Assembly: GCA_035702625.1 (NCBI GenBank)
Contig: DASSQG010000164.1
Coordinates: forward strand, 1-41,488
From: Gaiellaceae bacterium
Lineage (GTDB): Bacteria > Actinomycetota > Thermoleophilia > Gaiellales > Gaiellaceae
Length of the DNA: 41,488 nt
Direction: 5' to 3'
Position numbers and translations under genes: made by a program. This document shows, piece by piece, positions 32,601 to 38,939 of this stretch (positions within the stretch are counted from its first letter, which is position 1; each line of letters starts with the position of its first letter). Below the pieces are notes generated by a model. The model was not told where the DNA came from. It was given only the letters and a program-made list of their open reading frames with translations, and did not search any database.

Positions 32601-33001
32601 CGGACGTCCTCGGCGTGAGCCAGGGGAACGACGCCTCGGCGTCGTTCAGCGGCCCGCCCGAGCTGGCCAACGGCACGTGGTTCCTGGCCCCGTCGCTGCT
32701 CGGGCCGTTCAACGCGGCCGCGTCCGGCTCGGCGGTGGTCGGGATGGCCGCGCGCATGAAGGCGTTCGACCGGGACGCCGACTCGACCACCGGCGACTGG
32801 TGGCGTGTCCTGATCGACGGCACCGGCTACGCGCCGCTGCAGCTCGGGCCGGGTCAGTCCGGGACGATCACGGTCACGTTCACACCGCAGGGCACGCACG
32901 GCGACAGGGTCCACGGCGTCCTCTACGTCGACGACTTCAGCCAGCGCGTGCTCACCGGGAACGAGGAAGCGGCGTTCCCGTACAGCTACCGGATCAAGTA
33001 G
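29672..33001 (+). CDS. exported subtilase-fold (S8/S53) serine peptidase with I9-like propeptide and long beta-rich C-terminal extension
   Basis: ATG is 7 nt after GGAGGG, followed by a signal peptide. The propeptide pattern is HRVIVVMK...YTVLNGFAAIVS. GAGVKVAFFADGLD is subtilase-like. The nucleophile motif is GGVSQSTPLTAGAAAL (Ser at 31046-31048). Where HGTH is expected the sequence is AEAFGDASSVAA, and GTNDSGATEG resembles the sedolisin GDSG motif. Confidence 0.88.
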   Translation: MHRISRLVIPAIAVLVLAGTAQALGGAGVPRFHRGLSQAQILQTARATHRVIVVMKAQQRGRLATPASVTTRRAVQAGQRRSLMARVGASGLSVTRRYTVLNGFAAIVSADAQKRLAADPAVAAVIPDAAVKPVASRRPTVPPPSSFNPGNPTTPQSGICPADPAKPLLEPEALQTMHVAFNDPSIPQAANLATGAGVKVAFFADGLDTNNPDFIRADGSHVFVDYRDFTGEGPNAPSGGAEAFGDASSVAAQGRQVYDLSQFVNPAHPLPPGCTIRVRGVAPGASLIGMKVFGEGGSFTSTIIQGLDWAVTQDHADILSESFGGYAMPDTAIDAIKQFNDAAVRSGITVTQGTNDSGATEGPTTPATDPNVIDTAATTNFRSYAQTTSYGFQFSNGTWLNDNVSSISGGGFSQLADTPDVSAPGEADWALCTPNPALYQECVSFAGTPASLEQFGGVSQSTPLTAGAAALVIQAYRNTHHGQTPSPALVKQILLSTANDLGLPTQEQGTGEVDALKAVQAAMSVNGGTPTGHSLLIGPSKLTFVQDAGSQANRGFTVTNTGAVTQTVSAQARALTQTLSDTKKDVTLGTTPTFVDQFGGSRPFVTTTFTIPSGTDRLIAYDAWSGPHARVGLALIDPQGTYAAYTRPQGNGNHGQVDVRKPVGGTWTALVFLRDGTFTGTVHLEVAAQNFTNVDSVSPSSRTLKPGQTGHFHYRATMPSAAGDSAHDLVVSDSSGDSTVVPVVLRSLVPTGRHGGTFDGTLFGGNGREFVAQTDTFQFDVPRNAKALSVSLSWPDNAGTEVIGWLIDPAGTLLGSASSLYVDPNTGNATFTHGLEAFAVSPRPGRWKFVVTPTSPVGGTVLSTPYHGVVSFDPPAIHASGLPDGGKVKAGQPITAHVTVTNTGPGTMDVFADPRLGDRSEIDSLLPLFAPPTVQLPGTAVPSFLVPTQTDAVLGAAQATQPIVLEMGFGAIGEGDPDVLGVSQGNDASASFSGPPELANGTWFLAPSLLGPFNAAASGSAVVGMAARMKAFDRDADSTTGDWWRVLIDGTGYAPLQLGPGQSGTITVTFTPQGTHGDRVHGVLYVDDFSQRVLTGNEEAAFPYSYRIK

Positions 33002-33011
33002 CGCACGGACC

Positions 33012-33047
33012 GTGCCCGCGCGGGCCCTTCGGGGCCTGCGCGGGCAC
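33012..33047 (+). terminator. strong hairpin after the peptidase gene
   Basis: 16-bp stem with one G-U pair: GTGCCCGCGCGGGCCC, TTCG tetraloop, GGGCCTGCGCGGGCAC. It begins 11 nt after the stop codon. Confidence 0.65.
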
Positions 33048-33080
33048 AGCGAGCGAAGTAGGCTGGCGGCCCGTCTTGCC

Positions 33081-33998
33081 ATGAACAAGCCGCGCATCTT
33101 CCTGGGGTCGTCGGGCGAGCAGACGAAGCTGGTCGAGGCGATCACGCGCGGGCTCGAGGACGTCGCCGAGGTCGAGCCCTGGACGACGACGTTCAACCCG
33201 GGCCGCTCGACGCTCGACCGACTCGTCGAGCTCTCCCAGGAGGTCGACTTCGCCGCTTTTGTGTTCGCCCAGGACGACTGGACGACGACGAAGGCGTCGG
33301 AGTCGGGTCAGGGGTCGCCGCGCGACAACGTCGTGTTCGAGGCCGGTCTCTTCGGCGGCGCGCTCGGCATCCGGCGGACGTTCATCCTTCACGCGGAAGG
33401 ATCGAAGCTGCCGAGCGACCTGCTCGGGCTGACGTCCGTGCGGTACCAGCCCGCGGCCGGACCCGACGTCGTCACCGCGATCAACGAGAAGCTCCGCAAG
33501 GCGATCGAGGCGGAGGGACGCCGCGGCCCGGTCGAAGGGCTGTGGTGGCAGCTCTCGCTGACGATGCGCAGCGAAGAGGAGCCGTCCGCCGTGAGCCTGC
33601 TGGAGATCTCGCGGGACCGCGACGGCGGCCTGAACGTGACCGGGCGAGCGTGGCAGGAGGACGGGATGCTCTCGGCCCGCTACTGGAGCGAGGCGGCGAA
33701 GGAACGCAGGGATCCGGCGGGCGTCTTCTACTTCTGGCGCGGCGAGCGCCCGCGGCATGCGAATGCTCCGCAACTCGAGGGGACGGGCGAGATCAGGGTG
33801 GAGAGCCCGAATCGGGCGACCGGCTACTGGACGACACGGTCCGACCGCGACGCGGCTCTGAACGCCCGGACCGCCGGCGTCTATCTCCGGGCCGACCCCC
33901 CGGACCTGCAGATCCTGGACAGCGGGAGCGAGGACGATCGCCGCCGGCTGATTGCGCAACGCCTGCAGGAGTGGAAGTCGGCCGACAGCGCGTTCTGA
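33081..33998 (+). CDS. TIR-like nucleotide-binding domain protein (Cap12/PycTIR class) with uncharacterised C-terminal domain
   Basis: ATG at 33081. The N-terminal blocks RIFLGSSGE, VDFAAFVFAQDD, PRDNVVFEAGLFGGALG and KLPSDLLGLT are the signature of the predicted TIR-like nucleotide-binding family. Residues about 140-305 are beta-rich and I recognised no motif in them. Confidence 0.85.
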   Translation: MNKPRIFLGSSGEQTKLVEAITRGLEDVAEVEPWTTTFNPGRSTLDRLVELSQEVDFAAFVFAQDDWTTTKASESGQGSPRDNVVFEAGLFGGALGIRRTFILHAEGSKLPSDLLGLTSVRYQPAAGPDVVTAINEKLRKAIEAEGRRGPVEGLWWQLSLTMRSEEEPSAVSLLEISRDRDGGLNVTGRAWQEDGMLSARYWSEAAKERRDPAGVFYFWRGERPRHANAPQLEGTGEIRVESPNRATGYWTTRSDRDAALNARTAGVYLRADPPDLQILDSGSEDDRRRLIAQRLQEWKSADSAF

Positions 33999-34055
33999 GC
34001 GAGCAAGATCCGCGGGCCGCGTTGCCATCGGTGCGCGGATCCGTATCCTCTCGAC

Positions 34056-35711
34056 GTGGCGACCGTCTCGCCGCCCCCGCCGCTCTCACGCGCTTCCGTC
34101 CGGCGCCCTCCTCGGCGCCGTCGGGGTTGGCGTGTCTTCTGGACGATTTTCGCCGTCGTCGTCCTAGCCGTGGCCGGGCTCGCCGCAGCGGTGTTCGCGT
34201 GGTCCGGGATCAAGCTGGCGGCCGATCCGACCGCCCTCACCCGCGTCGAGGTGCAGCCGTTCGGCGGGACGCTCGAGCAGGTGCGCGCGTTCGGGCCCGA
34301 CGGCCGGAACATCCCGGTGGCCGTGCGCGGCGGGCGCCTGTTCCCACAGCGGCGTCTGACGCCGGGCGAGCAGGTCACCGTCGTCGCCCTGGTGCGGCGC
34401 TCGCACTGGATCGGGTGGGCGATCGGCGACGAACGGCGCGAGCAGCAGACGATGCGCGCTCCGACCGCGGGCGTGAGCACTCGCTGGCTGACGGTTCGGC
34501 GCGGTGCGCCCGTCCGCGTGAGCTTCGACCGGCCGGTGAGCGCGGTCGCGTACGGCAACGGCAAGTACCTGATGCGCCGAGCGCTGGCCCACCCGCAACG
34601 ATCGGTGTCGCTCGGGACTCGCCCCGCGGCCGGCTCGATCCAAATCTCGGCCGCGGCACGCCCGTGGGAACGCCTCGGAGCGCCGGCCGCCGTGAGCTGG
34701 TTCCCGCCGGCCGAGCTGCCCGTCGCGGTGGTCGATCCGGCGCCGGGCACGCACGTCGCCCCGGCCACCCCGATCACGCTCACCTTCTCGAAGCCGGTCG
34801 CCGACGCGCTCGGCTCGAGCCGCCCGGCGCTCTCGCCGCGCATGCCGGGCGGCTGGCGCCAGCTCGACAGCCACACGCTCGTCTTCCGACCCTCCGGTCT
34901 CGGCGCCGGCTTCGGCGCCGACGTCCGGCTCGCGCTCCCGCGGGCGGTGGACGTGACCGACGCGTCCGGCAACCGCCTCCACCCCGCGCGCCGGATCACC
35001 TGGACGGTGCCGCCCGGCTCGATGCTCCGGCTGCAGCAGCTGCTCGCACAGGCGGGCTACCTGCCGCTCGACTGGACACCGGCGGGCGCTCCCGTCGCGC
35101 GCACGCCCCTCGCGCAGGTCCAGGCCGCCGTCGACCCGCCCAAGGGCCACTTCAGCTGGCGCTACACGAACACGCCGCCCGAGCTGCGCGGGCTCTGGAG
35201 CGAGGGCAACTCGAACCAGGTCACGCGCGGCGCGGTGATGATGTTCCAGCACGACAACAATCTCACCGTCGACGCCATCGCTGGGCAGCAGGTCTGGCGC
35301 GCGCTTCTCGCCCAGGCGATCGCCGGCAAGCGCCGGCAGGGCGGCTACAGCTACGTCTACGTGCACAGCACCGTGCCGCAGTCGCTGACTCTGTGGCACA
35401 ACGGTCAGACGGTGCTCACCTCACCAGGCAACACCGGCGTGCCCGCCGCGCCGACCCAGCTCGGAACCTTCCAGGTCTTCGAGCACATTCCGGTTGGCAC
35501 GATGAGCGGGACGAACCCGGACGGCTCGCACTACAACGATCCCGGCATCCGTTGGATCAGCTACTTCAACGGCGGCGACGCGATCCACGCGTTCAACCGC
35601 GCGTCGTTCGGAACCCCGCAGAGCCTCGGCTGCGTCGAGCTCCCCCTCGCCGCCGCCGCGCGGGTCTGGCCGTACACGCCGATCGGGACGCTCGTCACGG
35701 TCGAGCAGTAA
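34056..35711 (+). CDS. membrane-anchored L,D-transpeptidase with peptidoglycan-binding domain
   Basis: GTG start, Arg-rich N-terminus and one TM helix. A PG_binding_1-like segment reads RGAVMMFQHDNNLTVDAIAGQQVW. The YkuD catalytic motif is IHAFNRASFGTPQSLGCVELP (His...Cys). Confidence 0.9.
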   Translation: MATVSPPPPLSRASVRRPPRRRRGWRVFWTIFAVVVLAVAGLAAAVFAWSGIKLAADPTALTRVEVQPFGGTLEQVRAFGPDGRNIPVAVRGGRLFPQRRLTPGEQVTVVALVRRSHWIGWAIGDERREQQTMRAPTAGVSTRWLTVRRGAPVRVSFDRPVSAVAYGNGKYLMRRALAHPQRSVSLGTRPAAGSIQISAAARPWERLGAPAAVSWFPPAELPVAVVDPAPGTHVAPATPITLTFSKPVADALGSSRPALSPRMPGGWRQLDSHTLVFRPSGLGAGFGADVRLALPRAVDVTDASGNRLHPARRITWTVPPGSMLRLQQLLAQAGYLPLDWTPAGAPVARTPLAQVQAAVDPPKGHFSWRYTNTPPELRGLWSEGNSNQVTRGAVMMFQHDNNLTVDAIAGQQVWRALLAQAIAGKRRQGGYSYVYVHSTVPQSLTLWHNGQTVLTSPGNTGVPAAPTQLGTFQVFEHIPVGTMSGTNPDGSHYNDPGIRWISYFNGGDAIHAFNRASFGTPQSLGCVELPLAAAARVWPYTPIGTLVTVEQ

Positions 35712-35924
35712 GCCGAGCGCCGATGACCTAGATGGGCCAGAACCGCCGGGCCCGAGCGGTCGTCAAAGCCTCTGGCCGGCGCGCCCCTCCGGGAGGGGGC
35801 CTCTCCGTGTCGCCTCCGGGGTCTAAGGGGGCGCCCGGCCCTCGAGCCAGGCGAGTGTGGACACGCCTGCCTGGTCACGCAGCCGTCCGGTCTTGGCCAG
35901 GGACCGGGCGGCTGCACCTAGAGG

Positions 35925-36009
35925 CGGAGGGGGAGGGATTTGAACCCTCGCGGGGACGAAACCGCCGCCCGAACCGTTTCCGAGACCCGCGCGGTCCGTC
36001 GCTCGGAAC
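35925..36009 (-). pseudogene. tRNA-Ser-like relic (intact T-arm and 3-prime acceptor strand, D-loop remnant, no 5-prime acceptor strand)
   Basis: The minus strand reads GAGGG-TTCAAAT-CCCTC-CCCCTCC-G at 35949-35925. This matches the tRNA-Ser(GGA) 3-prime end at 22 of 25 positions, and two of the three differences are a compensatory T-stem pair. TCCGAGCG (36007-36000) and CTCGGAAA echo the D-loop and anticodon loop. No GGAGGGG partner strand exists, and the anticodon and variable arms do not fold. Confidence 0.4.
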
Positions 36010-36191
36010 GCTTGGTTACGCCTGCCGTGGCGTCCCGTGGCGAGGCGCGGCCGGTCCGTGCGCCAGTCGTTCACGCCGGAGACTTCGAGGGCGGAACGAT
36101 CATCCGGAGGTGCGGTCGGGGCGAACAGAGAGGAGGTGGGCGGTCGGGAACCGCGTACGTGACGCGGCTCCCGACATGCCTAGGTTGGCGG

Positions 36192-37238
36192 TCAGGGAAG
36201 GAGTGGTGCTGTTCCCCAGCGTGGGGAGCTTTCCCAGAGGTCCGTATTAGTGATGTCCGTCAGGCTCGTGACACGCATGTGCCTGTCGAAATGGCCAACG
36301 AACACGTCGGCGTTACCGTCCGGACCGACCCCCGGTGCGATGCCGATCGTGAACGCGGTTCCGTCCGGTGAGAAGCCTGACGAGAAGAACTGCTGCCTGT
36401 TCGAGCCGTCGAGCAGGATCCGCAGTCCGGTGCCGTCCGGGTGGGCCATCATCAACTTGGCCGATCCGGGGACGCCGTTGTCGGTGCGGAACATGATCCA
36501 GCGACCATCGGGCGAGTAGTCAGGATGGTCGGAGCCGTTCACGCCCGGCGGGGAGACGCGGACGAGGTTAGCGCCGGTGATTGAGTCCGCTGTCCAGATA
36601 GCCGGCTTGAAGTCTGGCGGCTGGTTGCGCTGGAAGGCGATCCGGCTGGAATCGGGTGACCACTGCGGGCTCTGATCGAACGAGGTGCCGTCGACCCGAT
36701 GAGTGATCTTGCGCAGCCCACTGCCGTCGGGGTGGACGGCCCAGATCGTGTCGTCAGCCGGATTGCCGTTCGAATCGAAGGGACCGAACACCAACTCGAA
36801 CGCGATCCATTGCCCGTCCGGTGACCAGGACGGGTTGAAAACCCCGACACAGTTCGCGAGCAGGCCGGGGCCGGGGCACGGGACGATCTGCTGTGGGTTC
36901 TGTCCCAGCGCACCGACCGTCCAGATCGAACTTGAACCATCCGCCGTGTCGTGCTCGTAAACGAGCTGGGTGCCATCCGGCGACCAATTCTGGTTCGTGT
37001 CCAGGTTGCCATCGCCAGGGAACGTGATCTGGGTCTGATCAGTGCCAGCTGGATTCATCACGAACAAGGCACCGGTGCTGTGGCTCGAATCGAAATAGAC
37101 GCGATAGGAGATCAATCCGTTCTGGCCCGATGGAGTCGCACCACTGACCCCCACTAGGACAAGGGCCGCCGCCATCGCGCTGACGAGGGTAAGCAACAAC
37201 CTCATCGGGCGGCGCTGACCCAACAGAGGCTCGATCAT
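36192..37238 (-). CDS. exported PD40/TolB-like beta-propeller repeat protein
   Basis: ATG at 37238 lies 5 nt after GGAGAGGAG, followed by a signal peptide. WSPDG-type repeats are present (WSPDGTQLVY, WSPDGQWIAF, WSPDSSRIAF, YSPDGRWIMF, FSPDGTAFTI). Many codons end in A or T, unlike the rest of the window. Confidence 0.85.
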   Translation of the reverse strand: MIEPLLGQRRPMRLLLTLVSAMAAALVLVGVSGATPSGQNGLISYRVYFDSSHSTGALFVMNPAGTDQTQITFPGDGNLDTNQNWSPDGTQLVYEHDTADGSSSIWTVGALGQNPQQIVPCPGPGLLANCVGVFNPSWSPDGQWIAFELVFGPFDSNGNPADDTIWAVHPDGSGLRKITHRVDGTSFDQSPQWSPDSSRIAFQRNQPPDFKPAIWTADSITGANLVRVSPPGVNGSDHPDYSPDGRWIMFRTDNGVPGSAKLMMAHPDGTGLRILLDGSNRQQFFSSGFSPDGTAFTIGIAPGVGPDGNADVFVGHFDRHMRVTSLTDITNTDLWESSPRWGTAPLLP

Positions 37239-37331
37239 CTCAACTCCTCTCCTCGTTGACGAGCTTCTGGCCGATGCAGGATCGTCCGCGGCGCCGCTAC
37301 CGGGCGGCTTCCGAGCGACTACCGTCTCGGT

Positions 37332-38939
37332 GTGTTGCAGTTCGGCGTTCTCGGACCGATCGAGGTCGTCGCGACCGGCGGCCCGCTGCAGCTCGGCGGC
37401 CCGCGGCAGCGGTCAACTCTCGCCCTCCTCCTGCTGAACATGAACCGCGTCGTCTCGATCGACGAGCTAGCTGACGCGCTCTACGCCGGTAGACCCCCGG
37501 TGACCGCAGTAACTCAGGTCCACAAGCAGATCGCCGAACTTCGACGGGTGCTCGGCTCGGAGGCGATCCGCACGCAGGGTTCCGGCTACGTCATCAACAT
37601 CGCGCGCAAGCAGATCGACCTCGCTCGCTTCGAGGAGCTGCTCGCCGACGCTGCCGAGGCCATATCACGATCTGATCCCGCCAGTGCCGCCGCGTTTCTG
37701 AAAGACGCGCTGGCCCTCTGGCGAGGGGAGGCCCTCGGAGACCTGCGCGACGAGGAGTTTTTCGTGCCGCAAGCTAGGCGGCTGGAGGAGCTGCGACTCA
37801 CGGCGCACGAGCGGCTGGCGGAAGCGGAGCTCGCGCTTGGGCGTCATGCAGAGGTCGCCGCCGAGCTGGAGCGTCTCGTCGCGTTGCACCCGCTGCGCGA
37901 GTCGTTGCGCGCTCTGCAGATGCTCGCTCTCTATCGGTCCGGCCGCCAGGCGGAAGCGCTGGAGGTCTTCAGGCGGGCGCGAGCCGAGCTCGTCGAGCGG
38001 TTCGGGATCGAGCCCGGCTCGGCGCTTCGAGCCGCGGAGCGCGCGATTTTGCAACAGGATCCGGCGCTGGAGCTCGATCGACCGGCTGTCGACGAGGCTC
38101 GGGTGGTCCTGATCCTCGCGTCCCGCGACGCCGCACCCGACGAACTCATGGCGGTCGCGCGGCCGCTCGCAGGTTCGCGTGAGCTGATTCTTGCTCGATT
38201 CATCGCCGACGAGGACCAGCTCGCCACGGCGGCCGAGGCGCTTAACTCACCCGCCCGAAGCCTCGGCAGCAATGTGCGGACCGCCGTCTTCACGAGCACC
38301 GATGCGGTAGCTGACGCGGTCCGGCTCGCCGACTCCTATGCCGTCGAGCTCGTTCTCGCGGATTCTGTGGAAGAGATCGACGGCGAGCACGTGCCGGACG
38401 AGCTCGCTGCGCTCTTCAACCGCTCCCCGGCCGATGTCGCAGTTGTCTCCGGTCCTACGCGAATCTCCCACGGCATCTTCGTCCCCTTCGGCGGCGGCGA
38501 GCACGACTGGGCCGCACTCGAACTTGCAACGTGGCTCGCGGCGGCCGCCGGAACCGAGCTCGTGCTCGTGGGCACGGGCTCCAACCGACAGAGCGGCCGC
38601 CGGGATGCAAGCCGACTCCTCGCGCACGCGGCTTTGGCGGCGCAGCGGCTCGCCGGCGTCTCCACTCGCCCGCTACTTGCGGCACCATCGCACGAGGACT
38701 TGTGCAACGCCGTGAAGCCTGCCGGTGCCGTGATCATCGGCCTCACGGAAAGCTGGCAGTCCTCCGGCATCGGCGACGCCAGACGCGCACTCGTCGCTGC
38801 CGGTGCGCCGCTGGTGCTCGTCCATCGCGGCCCTCGCCCGGGCGGCCTCGCGCCGAACGCGAGTCGCACCCGCTTCTCCTGGACGCTCGACTACCCGCAG
38901 GCTGTCTGCGACGAATTCGACGTGACGAAGTTGGCGTAG
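37332..38939 (+). CDS. SARP/AfsR-family regulator (OmpR-type wHTH + BTAD) fused to tandem USP-like domains
   Basis: LQFGVLGPIEV...RQRSTLALLLLN...SIDELADALY is the wHTH. LALWRGEALGDL...ALYRSGRQAEALEVFRRARAELVERFGIEPGSAL is the BTAD. The C-terminal 270 aa has two alpha/beta modules (VVLILASRD... and IFVPFGGGEHDWAALELATWLA...) resembling USP/adenine-nucleotide alpha-hydrolase folds. Confidence 0.8.
   Translation: MLQFGVLGPIEVVATGGPLQLGGPRQRSTLALLLLNMNRVVSIDELADALYAGRPPVTAVTQVHKQIAELRRVLGSEAIRTQGSGYVINIARKQIDLARFEELLADAAEAISRSDPASAAAFLKDALALWRGEALGDLRDEEFFVPQARRLEELRLTAHERLAEAELALGRHAEVAAELERLVALHPLRESLRALQMLALYRSGRQAEALEVFRRARAELVERFGIEPGSALRAAERAILQQDPALELDRPAVDEARVVLILASRDAAPDELMAVARPLAGSRELILARFIADEDQLATAAEALNSPARSLGSNVRTAVFTSTDAVADAVRLADSYAVELVLADSVEEIDGEHVPDELAALFNRSPADVAVVSGPTRISHGIFVPFGGGEHDWAALELATWLAAAAGTELVLVGTGSNRQSGRRDASRLLAHAALAAQRLAGVSTRPLLAAPSHEDLCNAVKPAGAVIIGLTESWQSSGIGDARRALVAAGAPLVLVHRGPRPGGLAPNASRTRFSWTLDYPQAVCDEFDVTKLA

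Noticed and set aside
35925-36191. Possible tmRNA (ssrA) on the minus strand, suggested by the T-arm plus acceptor-like 3-prime end
   Set aside because: - Only about 265 nt are available before the PD40 gene stop.
- There is no 5-prime GGGG..GGTTTCGAC-type strand able to pair with CCCCTCC.
- The discriminator is G, not A.
- The only in-frame candidate tag (...HGTPRQA-stop) does not resemble an ...ALAA-type tag.
- I also tested a circularly permuted arrangement, using the GGAGGGG at about 35785-35791. That sequence is better explained as one arm of a local terminator hairpin. Only an Infernal search could settle this.
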